Below are positions 18,594 to 28,993 of a DNA stretch of 32,000 bases, piece by piece. Made by a program: the position numbers and the translations under genes. The stretch spans positions 1,560,001 through 1,592,000 of the forward strand of contig NZ_LN831039.1 in the NCBI RefSeq assembly GCF_001457595.1. The letters run 5' to 3'. The notes beneath the pieces were generated by a model. That model saw only the letters and a list, made by a program, of their open reading frames with translations, had not been told where the DNA came from and did no database searches. Within the stretch, counting starts at the first letter, position 1; the number at the start of each line of letters is the position of its first letter. Origin of the DNA: Mycolicibacterium smegmatis (GTDB taxonomy: Bacteria; Actinomycetota; Actinomycetes; Mycobacteriales; Mycobacteriaceae).

Positions 18594-19784
18594 GTGGCGA
18601 AGGCGAAGTTCGAGCGGACGAAGCCGCACGTCAACATCGGGACCATCGGTCACGTTGACCACGGCAAGACCACGCTGACCGCGGCTATCACCAAGGTTCT
18701 GCACGACAAGTTCCCCGATTTGAACGAATCGCGCGCATTCGACCAGATCGACAATGCGCCTGAAGAGCGTCAGCGCGGTATCACCATCAACATCTCCCAC
18801 GTGGAGTACCAGACCGACAAGCGTCACTACGCACACGTCGACGCCCCCGGTCACGCTGACTACATCAAGAACATGATCACCGGTGCCGCCCAGATGGACG
18901 GCGCGATCCTGGTGGTCGCCGCCACTGACGGCCCGATGCCGCAGACCCGCGAGCACGTGCTGCTGGCCCGCCAGGTGGGTGTGCCCTACATCCTGGTCGC
19001 GCTGAACAAGTCGGACGCGGTGGACGACGAGGAGCTCATCGAGCTCGTCGAGATGGAGGTCCGCGAACTGCTGGCCGCCCAGGACTTCGACGAGGAGGCC
19101 CCCGTGGTCCGCGTCTCGGCGCTCAAGGCGCTCGAGGGCGATCCCAAGTGGGTCAAGTCGGTCGAGGAGCTCATGGAGGCCGTCGACGCGTCCATCCCGG
19201 ATCCGGTCCGCGAGACCGACAAGCCGTTCCTGATGCCCGTTGAGGACGTCTTCACGATCACCGGTCGTGGCACCGTCGTCACCGGCCGTGTCGAGCGCGG
19301 TGTGATCAACGTGAACGAGGAAGTCGAGATCGTCGGCATCCGCCCGGAGACCACCAAGACCACGGTCACCGGTGTCGAGATGTTCCGCAAGCTGCTCGAC
19401 CAGGGCCAGGCCGGTGACAACGTCGGTCTGCTGCTCCGCGGCATCAAGCGCGAGGACGTCGAGCGTGGCCAGGTTGTGGTCAAGCCCGGCACCACCACCC
19501 CGCACACCGAGTTCGAGGGCCAGGTCTACATCCTGTCCAAGGACGAGGGTGGCCGCCACACGCCGTTCTTCAACAACTACCGTCCGCAGTTCTACTTCCG
19601 CACCACGGACGTGACCGGCGTTGTGACCCTGCCCGAGGGCACCGAGATGGTGATGCCCGGTGACAACACCGACATCTCCGTCAAGCTGATCCAGCCCGTC
19701 GCCATGGACGAGGGCCTGCGCTTCGCGATCCGCGAGGGCGGCCGTACCGTCGGCGCCGGCCGCGTCACCAAGATCATCAAGTGA
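18594..19784 (+). CDS. tuf: Elongation factor Tu
   Basis: 396 aa; GTG start with AGGAGGA 7 nt upstream. Motifs: [18 protein letters not shown]. Confidence 0.99.
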
Positions 19785-19803
19785 TCTAGGTTCAGCCAAA
19801 ACG

Positions 19804-19843
19804 AGCGGCGCTCACCCGAAAGGGTGGGCGCCGCTTGCTTTTT
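19804..19843 (+). terminator. Rho-independent terminator of the str operon
   Basis: AGCGGCGCTCACCC / GGGTGGGCGCCGCT form a 14-bp stem with one G-U pair and a GAAA loop, followed by TGCTTTTT. It begins about 20 nt after the tuf stop. Confidence 0.85.
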
Positions 19844-20021
19844 CGGCAACGCGTCGCCGAACGCCCTTGCCGAGCGTGCGGTTTCATACGCGACGCGCCG
19901 CGTCGTGCGGATGACGTCGCACGCTCGACGCCGGTGCAGCACATCCGGTGCGATTTCGCGCCATCGGCCGATGGCGACTATTGTCGTGACTAACGAATTT
20001 TCCGAGAAGTTGAGGTAGTGC

Positions 20022-20939
20022 GTGGACGCCGATGTGACCGAACCGATTCCGTCGGTGGCCGATTCAACCCCAGGGCGCGTCGAGCTGATCCGCAGTCAAC
20101 TCACTCCTTCGCGCATCCTCGCCGGTATCTCGACGACGGTCGCCGTGGTCGCGGTCGCAGCGCTGGTCACCGTGACCACACAGCAGGCGGATACCGCCCC
20201 GCTCGAGGACACGGTTGCCGCGTCGCCGTCCACACCGGCCCCGGCCGCGCCGACGACTCCGGCTCCCGCACAACCGATCGCGGCCCGCTCGCTGGCGCCC
20301 GAGGTGCTCATGCCGGCGTCGCCGTCGACGGCGCCCACACCGGCCGCGGCACCTCCTGCCGATCTCAGCGGCGGACTGGGCGACATCTTCACGGCGCCCG
20401 CCAGATCGGCCGCACCGGCACGCCAGCCGGCGGTTCCGCGACCGGCGCCGGCCGCGTCAGGTCCGGCGTCGGCGACCAATCCCGCCTGGCCGGCGCTCGA
20501 CCTCGGACAGGTCAACTCGCAGTGGCAGCAGGCCGTCGCGGTCGCCAACGCCCAGCCCGCTGTCAACGCGGTGGTCGGCACCGTGACGGGCACGACCGGG
20601 TGGGTCGGCAACGGAGCGATGAACATCCTGGGGGAACTTCTCGTCGCGTGGGTGAACCAGAACGGACAGATTCCCGGCCAGAACCCCGCGGTGCCTCCCG
20701 CGGACGGGCTCGCGGCGTTGCTGCTGGGGCCGACGGCTGCGGCAGGCGCGGGCCTGCCCACGGTGGACTGGTCTATGGTTCCGCCACCGGCGCTGTCGCC
20801 GATCGACTGGACCAAGATTCCGCCGCCCCAGCTGCCGCCGATCGACTGGACCAAGATTCCGCCGCCTCAGATCCCGCAGTTCCAGGACCCGTTCGCCCAG
20901 CTTCCGAGCATCACCCGGGCCATCGGGCTCCCGTTCTGA
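20022..20939 (+). CDS. Pro/Ala-rich single-pass membrane protein (at the position of Rv0686)
   Basis: 305-aa ORF with GTG start. One TM helix (ILAGISTTVAVVAVAALVTV), then a long P/A/T-rich region, a Gly/Asn-rich block and a C-terminal tandem repeat. No catalytic motif recognised. Confidence 0.65.
   Translation: MDADVTEPIPSVADSTPGRVELIRSQLTPSRILAGISTTVAVVAVAALVTVTTQQADTAPLEDTVAASPSTPAPAAPTTPAPAQPIAARSLAPEVLMPASPSTAPTPAAAPPADLSGGLGDIFTAPARSAAPARQPAVPRPAPAASGPASATNPAWPALDLGQVNSQWQQAVAVANAQPAVNAVVGTVTGTTGWVGNGAMNILGELLVAWVNQNGQIPGQNPAVPPADGLAALLLGPTAAAGAGLPTVDWSMVPPPALSPIDWTKIPPPQLPPIDWTKIPPPQIPQFQDPFAQLPSITRAIGLPF
20760..20877 (+). repeat. In-frame 39-bp tandem repeat inside the Pro/Ala-rich protein gene (two near-identical copies plus one degenerate copy)
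   Basis: CCGATCGACTGGACCAAGATTCCGCCGCC occurs at 20799-20827 and 20838-20866, a 39-nt period. The encoded units are VDWSMVPPPALSP / IDWTKIPPPQLPP / IDWTKIPPPQIPQ. Confidence 0.8.
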
Positions 20940-21016
20940 CCGTCGCGCGTGTAACACATGGGGCCGCTGAGGCGACGTCTTTGGCGTAGGTCTGTTACAC
21001 GGGTTGGGGGAAACGA

Positions 21017-21946
21017 ATGCTGCGACGGATGTGGGCACTGGCCGCCTCGGCCGTGCTGGGGAGCACGGTGATCGGACTGGCCGGGCCTGCCTCGGCCGCT
21101 CCGGACTGCCCTGACCTGCACTGGATCGGCGTCGCGGGCTCAGGTGAGCGCGACAATCCCACTCTCAACGGCGGCATGGGCCGCGTGGTCTACCGCTCCC
21201 TGCAGGACATCTCGCGGCTCGTGGCCCAGGACGGCCGGACCATGACCGCAGAACCCGTCGTCTACCCCGCGGTCGAGGTGCCCGCCGACGGTGATCTGCT
21301 CGGCTGGGGCGGGTTCATGAGCAGTGTCGACACCGGTGTCGCGGCGCTGGCGAACCAGTACACCGCGTTCACGCAGCGCTGCCCGCAGAGCAAGGTGGTC
21401 CTGGCCGGCTACTCGCAGGGCGCGATGGTCGTGCACCGCAACCTGCACGCACTTGCGACGAGCCCCAACCTGGCGGCTGCGCTGCTGGTCGCCGACGGCG
21501 ACCGGCTGCCCACCGACCCCACGATCAACCTCGGCACCGCGACCATGGTGCCGGGCGCCGGAAAGGGTGTGGCACAGGACTGGCCGATCCTGGCCCACGC
21601 GCCGGCGCCGCTGCCGCCGACCGTCGGCAGCCGCACGATCAGCGTGTGCGATCGCGGGGATGCCGTGTGTGACTACGACCCCGACGCCGACGAGGTCACC
21701 GCGGCCGCGATCGCCGTGCACACCAGCTACGCCCGCAGCGCCTCACAGCCGTGGACCTGGCCGCTGTATCAGCTGCTGATGCCGACGGTGACCAACCCGG
21801 CGGTGCCCAACCCGACGGTGCCCATCCCGACGGGGCCGGTGCCCGGACCGCAGGCGCCGACGCTGCAGGCATCACCGCAGAACCCGCTGACCGGCACCGA
21901 AACCTCTGTTCAGCCCGCCGAAGAGCCCGCTCCGACGTTAGGCTGA
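21017..21946 (+). CDS. Secreted cutinase-family serine esterase with a Pro-rich C-terminal tail
   Basis: 309 aa. Signal peptide ending ASAAPDCPD. Cutinase nucleophile motif GYSQGA, C-terminal CDRGDAVCDYD...AVHTSY (Asp/His region, disulfide Cys residues), and GGGGGA upstream of the ATG. Confidence 0.88.
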   Translation: MLRRMWALAASAVLGSTVIGLAGPASAAPDCPDLHWIGVAGSGERDNPTLNGGMGRVVYRSLQDISRLVAQDGRTMTAEPVVYPAVEVPADGDLLGWGGFMSSVDTGVAALANQYTAFTQRCPQSKVVLAGYSQGAMVVHRNLHALATSPNLAAALLVADGDRLPTDPTINLGTATMVPGAGKGVAQDWPILAHAPAPLPPTVGSRTISVCDRGDAVCDYDPDADEVTAAAIAVHTSYARSASQPWTWPLYQLLMPTVTNPAVPNPTVPIPTGPVPGPQAPTLQASPQNPLTGTETSVQPAEEPAPTLG

Positions 21947-21977
21947 TCTATCTCGTCCAGGCCGAGAGGAGCAGAGG

Positions 21978-22832
21978 ATGTCGACCCTGTGGCGTTATCT
22001 CCGCATCCAGGCCTTCGTTCTGCTCTGCGGCATCGTGGGGCCGATCTTCCTGGTGATCTACTTCGGCAGCGGCGGCAGCCCGTTGATCAAGTGGATGTTC
22101 TGGACAGGTCTGCTCATCACGGCCCTCGACGTGCTGATCGCCCTGGCGATCACGGCCATGGGCACCCGGTCGGCCGCCAAGCACCAGGATCTCGAACAGA
22201 ACGGGGTGATCGCACTCGCGCAGGTGGTCGGCATCCATGAGACCAACACGCGGATCAACGAGCGGCCACTGGTGAAGCTCGACCTGCAGATCTCCGGGCC
22301 GGGGATCGCGCCGTTCGCGAGCCAGGACCGCGTGCTGGCATCGGTGGCGCGGCTCCCGATGATCACCAACCGCAAGCTCGTGGCCGTCGTCGACCCCACC
22401 ACACACGAGTACCGGATCGATTGGGACAGAAGCAGTTTGGTCAGCGGTCTGATGCCTGCCACGTTCACCATCGCCGAGGACAACACCACCTACGACCTCA
22501 CCGGGCAGACCGAACCCCTGCTGGAGATCCTGCAGATCCTCAAGGCGCACAACATCGGTATGAACAACATGATCGATCTGCGCGCCAACCCAGTTGCCCG
22601 CGAACAGGTTCAGAGAGTGGTCCGCCGTGCAGCCGCGCAACGCAACGCACCGCAGGGCGTGCCACAGCCGGCCGGCCAGCCGACGCCGCAACCCGCTGCG
22701 GCGGCGCCGTACGCGGCACCGTCGATGTCGACCGCGCAGCGGCTGCAGGAGCTCGAAACCCTGCGTGCCACCGGCGCAATCAGCGAGGCCGAGTACACGG
22801 CCAAACGTCAGCAGATAATTGCTGATCTGTAA
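21978..22832 (+). CDS. Membrane protein with C-terminal SHOCT domain
   Basis: 284 aa. Two N-terminal TM helices, a soluble middle domain and a Pro/Ala/Gln linker. The C-terminal RLQELETLRATGAISEAEYTAKRQQIIADL matches the SHOCT short oligomerisation motif. Confidence 0.7.
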   Translation: MSTLWRYLRIQAFVLLCGIVGPIFLVIYFGSGGSPLIKWMFWTGLLITALDVLIALAITAMGTRSAAKHQDLEQNGVIALAQVVGIHETNTRINERPLVKLDLQISGPGIAPFASQDRVLASVARLPMITNRKLVAVVDPTTHEYRIDWDRSSLVSGLMPATFTIAEDNTTYDLTGQTEPLLEILQILKAHNIGMNNMIDLRANPVAREQVQRVVRRAAAQRNAPQGVPQPAGQPTPQPAAAAPYAAPSMSTAQRLQELETLRATGAISEAEYTAKRQQIIADL

Positions 22833-22898
22833 ATACCGGCACCCTACGGTGGTAACGTCCACCGCGTGCGAGCGAGTTCGTCACGGGAACTCTGAGCG

Positions 22899-24382
22899 AT
22901 GTCCGAACCGGTGGTTTCACACGAGGTTCGGTCACCCTCGCTGTCCGACGCGGTCATCCCGCTCGTCGCACTCACCGTCCTGATCGGCGGTTCCGTCGCG
23001 CTTTTCGGGCTCAAAGCGCTCGACGGACCGATACAGGTCGCACTGATCCTGGCGTGTGCCGTCGCGGCACTGATCGCGCTGAAGAACGGCAACCCGTGGA
23101 GCGCGGTGCAGGTGGCCGGGCAGGGTGCGCTTGCGTCGATCACCAGCGCGTTGTTCATCCTGCTTGCTGTGGGTGCCCTGATCGGGACGTGGAACCTGTC
23201 CGGAACCATCCCGACGTTGGTGTATTACGGTCTCGGCGTTTTGTCGCCGGGATACTTTTACGTTGCCACAGCGGTGATTTGCGGTGCGGTGGCCATGTCG
23301 ATCGGCAGTTCGTGGACCACCGCGGGCACCATCGGCGTCGGCCTCGTCGGCATCGCCACGATGCTCGGTGTCTCACCGGCGATCACCGCGGGCGCGGTGA
23401 TCTCGGGCGCCTACCTCGGGGACAAGCTCTCACCGTTGTCGGAGACGACGATCCTCACCGCGCAGATGGTGGAAGTCGACCTGTACACCCACATCCGCAG
23501 CCAGGCGTGGACCTCGGTCCCGGCGTTCCTGATCGCGGCGGCAGGCTTCACCGTGCTGGGTGTCGCGGGACCGCCGGTGCGCGATGCGGTGCCGGAAAGC
23601 ATCGAACTCGCCAAACTCGGGGAGATCTTCTGGATCAACCCCGTCAACCTCGTGCCACTGCTGTTTCTGGTGGTGCTGTGGTGCGGAAGGTTCCCGCGTC
23701 ATTGGCGTTGTTGGCCTCGGCACTGGTCGCGGGCGCCCAGGCCGCGGTCTTCCAACGAGACGTCGTCACGGGCTTCGTCACCGAGATCGGGGCCAGCACG
23801 CAAGACGTGATCGGCTCGGTGCAGGCCGTGTGGACGGTGATGGCCAACGGTTTCAGCATCAACAGCGGAATCGGTGACATCGACCGACTGCTGTCGCGCG
23901 GCGGTATGGACAGCATGCTGCTGACGATCTGGCTGATCATCGGGGCCGTGACGTTCGGCGCGCTGCTGGAGAAATTCGGTCTCATCGACCGCTTGGTCCA
24001 GCCCATGATCGCGGCGGCCAAAACCACCGGCCGCCTGTATCTCTCGGTGTTCTGCACCGGATTCGGGCTGAACATCGCAGCCGGTGACCAGTACATAGCG
24101 CTGGTGTTGCCCAGCCGCATCTTCCGCGTCGAGTTCGCCAAGCGCGGGCTGGCCCCGCAAAACCTGTCCCGTCTGGCCGCCGACAGCGGGACGGTGACGT
24201 CGCCGTTGGTGCCGTGGAACTCGTGCGGCGCATTCATGGGGGCGGTTCTCGGTGTTCCGACGCTGTTGTACCTGCCGTTCGCGCTCTTCAACATCGCCAG
24301 TCCCGCGCTGAGTGTGTTCTACGGCTACACCGGCTTCAAAGTCGTTCGTGCGGAACCGGTCACAGAATCCGAGGGGGCATGA
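22899..24382 (+). pseudogene. nhaC: NhaC-family Na+/H+ antiporter gene interrupted by a frameshift near 23670-23684
   Basis: The N-terminal ~260 codons are in the frame of ORF 22899..23810. The C-terminal ~234 codons are in the frame of ORF 23054..24382 (VVRKVPASLALL...DQYIALVLPSR...VPWNSCGAFM). Adding one nt near 23677 gives a continuous ~494-aa NhaC-sized protein. Confidence 0.8.
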
Positions 24383-25824
24383 TGACCACCACCGAATCAC
24401 CTGTCAAGGACACCAAGGTCAGCCTGCCCACGCTGACCGCGATGGTCATCGGCTCGATGATCGGGTCCGGTGTGTTCCTGCTGCCCGGCCGGTTCGGGGC
24501 CGAGTCCGGGGTCGCGGGCGCGCTGATCGCCTGGGCGATCGCCGGTGCAGGCATGTTGATGCTGGCGTTCGTGTTCCAGCGCCTGGCGACGCGGAAACCG
24601 GACCTCGACGCCGGGTTGTTCGCCTACGCGAAAGCGGGCTTCGGCGACTACATGGGGTTCAACTCGGCGTTCGGGTTCTGGGCGTCGGCCTGCGCGGGCA
24701 ACACGTCGTACTGGGTGTTGATCATGGCGACGACGAGCGCGCTGTTCCCCGCCCTAGGAGCCGGGGACACCCTGCTGGCGGTCATCTGCTCGACGATCGG
24801 CGTATGGCTGTTCTTCTACCTGATCCTGCGCGGTGTGAAGCAGGCCGCGGTGATCAACCGCATCGTCACTTGGGCCAAGGTCGTCCCGATCCTGGTGTTC
24901 ATCGTGATCGCGGTCATCGCCTTCAAGGCCGATGTGTTCACCGGCAACTTCTGGGGCGGCGACGGAAACTATTCGTGGGCATCGCTGTTCGAACAGGCCA
25001 AGGGCACCATGCTGATCACGGTGTTCGTGTTCCTCGGCATCGAGGGGGCGAGCGTGTACTCGCGGTTCGCGCGTTAACGCGAGGACGTCGGACGTGCGAC
25101 GGTCATCGGTTTCCTGTCGGTGCTTTCGGTGTTCATGTTGGTGACGCTGGCGTCCTACGGCGTGCTGTCGCAGGACGAATTGGCCGGCATATCGCAACCG
25201 TCGATGGCGTCGGTGCTGGAATCCATTGTGGGTGAGTGGGGTTCGGTGTTCATCCGGCTCGGGGTCATCCTGTCGGTGCTCGGGGCCTACCTGGCGTGGA
25301 CGTTGATGGCGGCCGAGATGTTGTTCATCCCGGCCAAATCCGAGGACATGCCGCGGTTCCTGACCCGCGAGAACCGCAACGGTGCACCGGTTCCCGCACT
25401 GATCATGGCCGGCGGCCTGGTGCAGCTGCTGCTGATCCTGCTGCTGTTCGCCTCCGACGCACTGAATTTCATGCTCGACCTGACCGCCGCGCTGGCTCTG
25501 ATCCCGTATCTTCTTGCCGCGGGGTACGCACTGAAACTCACGGTGACACGGGAAACGTACGACGGTGACCGCTCGCGGGTGCCCGACATGGTCATCGCCG
25601 CAGTCGCGACGTTCTACACGCTGTTCCTGCTGTACGCCGCGGGGTGGGACCACCTGCTGCTGAGTTGCATCCTGTACGCGGGCGGCGCGGTCCTGTATTG
25701 GTTGGCCCGCCGCGAGCGCAACCTGCGGGTGTTCACCCGGGCAGAGGCCGTGCTGTTCGGCCTCATCGTCCTCGGCGCGATCGGAGGGCTCTACGGGCTG
25801 ATCTCCGGCGGAATCCAGATTTGA
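24379..25824 (+). pseudogene. arcD: Arginine/ornithine antiporter (APC/APA family, ArcD-like) interrupted by an in-frame TAA at 25075-25077
   Basis: ORF 24214..25077 (true start ATG 24379, which overlaps the nhaC stop as ATGA) and ORF 25120..25824 share one frame. Read-through gives ...GIEGASVYSRFAR*REDVGRATVIGFLSVLSVFML..., collinear with intact ArcD-type permeases of ~481 codons. Confidence 0.85.
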
Positions 25825-25850
25825 AGTCCCACACGATGAAAGGACCTTCC

Positions 25851-28009
<2,159 letters not shown>

Positions 28010-28049
28010 GTTCCCGCCAGAAATCTCTCGCGAGGGATACGGGACCCGG

Positions 28050-28931
28050 TCAGCCCGGTAGGACGAGCACCGGAACAGGGCTGTAGCGCAGGATCTTCGT
28101 ACCGCGTTCGCCGAGGAACACACGCCGGACGGCGCCCGCAGGGGACGTGCCGATGGCCAGGACCTCGCCCTCGATCCACTCGATCGAGTCCAGCGCCTCG
28201 TCCCACGCGCTGCCGCTGGCGACGACGACCTCCACGTCCTCGCCGATGACGCCGTCGGTGGCCAGCCGGCGCAGCGAATCCTGTGCCTGCTCGATCCATT
28301 CCTGCAGGATGAGGTCTTCCTTGCTCAGCCCGACCAGCGGTGGATACATGCTGCGACCACGCACTGCGAACGTCACCACACGCATCGTGACACCCAACCG
28401 CTGTGTGAGGGCCGCGATGCGCTCGACGACGTCGACGGCGTCGCGGGTTCCCGGGTAGGCCACCGTGATCCGTGACAGCCCACCGCTTTTCGGGCGGCGG
28501 TAGCCGCGCGGGCTGACCGCCAACGGAACGGGGCACGAGTGCAGCAACCGGTCGGCCGTCGAACCGACCACCACCTGCCCCAGCTTGCCGTCCGCAGCCG
28601 AGCCCAGCACCAGGGCCTCTGCGTTCAGCGATTCGACCGCTTCCATCAGTCCGTCCGACACCGACCGGTGCGCGAACTTGTGGAAGGTGACCTCGAGTTC
28701 ACTGTCGAGCTCGGAGATCACCTGGCGGGCCTGTTCGGCCGATGTCGACGCCAATTGCGCTGCGTACTGGGCATATTCGGCGTCGATGCGCGCCGGCGAC
28801 GGTGTCATCCACGGACGCGGGACGACGGTCGCGACCGCGAGTGAGGTCTGCAGCGTGTGTGCCGCGCCGACGGCGAGGTGCAGCGGCGACGCACCCGCCT
28901 TGCCGGTCAGATAACCCACCACGACCGTCAT
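28050..28931 (-). CDS. Tandem-domain universal stress protein (Rv2319c-like)
   Basis: 293 aa. Two USP-like halves, each ending in a G..G....GS/T-type ATP-loop region (LVLGSAADGKLGQVVVGSTADRLLH and LAIGTSPAGAVRRVFLGERGTKILR). Confidence 0.85.
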   Translation of the reverse strand: MTVVVGYLTGKAGASPLHLAVGAAHTLQTSLAVATVVPRPWMTPSPARIDAEYAQYAAQLASTSAEQARQVISELDSELEVTFHKFAHRSVSDGLMEAVESLNAEALVLGSAADGKLGQVVVGSTADRLLHSCPVPLAVSPRGYRRPKSGGLSRITVAYPGTRDAVDVVERIAALTQRLGVTMRVVTFAVRGRSMYPPLVGLSKEDLILQEWIEQAQDSLRRLATDGVIGEDVEVVVASGSAWDEALDSIEWIEGEVLAIGTSPAGAVRRVFLGERGTKILRYSPVPVLVLPG

Positions 28932-28993
28932 GCGCGATCCGCCTTCGCTCCGTGCGCCGTGCGATCCGCCTTCGCTCCTCGCTGCGCCGTCAT
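28928..28993 (-). repeat. Two 30-nt tandem repeat units (plus a partial copy inside the rocE 3' end) forming a 21-codon mini-ORF between rocE and usp
   Basis: Plus-strand exact repeats: GCGATCCGCCTTCGCTCC at 28934-28951 and 28961-28978; CCGTCATGCGCGATCC at 28925-28940 and 28987-29002. On the minus strand, ATG 28993 overlaps the rocE TGA. The mini-ORF encodes MTAQRGAKADRTAHGAKADRA, and its TGA (28930-28928) overlaps the usp ATG. Confidence 0.7.

Noticed and set aside
16261-19799. Long minus-strand ORFs (625 aa and 458 aa) antisense to fusA and tuf.
   Set aside because: fusA and tuf are unambiguous. The antisense frames are artefacts of biased codon usage (GC3-rich codons rarely produce stops on the opposite strand).
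23661-23690. Programmed -1 ribosomal frameshifting as the explanation for the nhaC frame change.
   Set aside because: There is no X-XXY-YYZ slippery heptamer and no obvious downstream stem-loop or pseudoknot. NhaC genes are not known to use recoding. A single-base deletion at a direct repeat is the simpler explanation.
25070-25081. The idea that the CGCGTTAACGCG palindrome (with its GTTAAC site) carrying the arcD stop is an engineered linker insertion.
   Set aside because: The flanking protein sequence (SRFAR-stop-REDVGRAT) appears collinear with intact ArcD-type permeases with no extra residues. This fits a point substitution rather than an inserted 12-mer, but I cannot confirm it without an alignment.
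25120-25824. ORF 25120..25824 as an independent 234-aa membrane protein gene.
   Set aside because: It is in frame with the upstream arcD fragment and collinear with it. It corresponds to the C-terminal TM helices of one permease, and no ribosome-binding site is evident upstream of ATG 25120.
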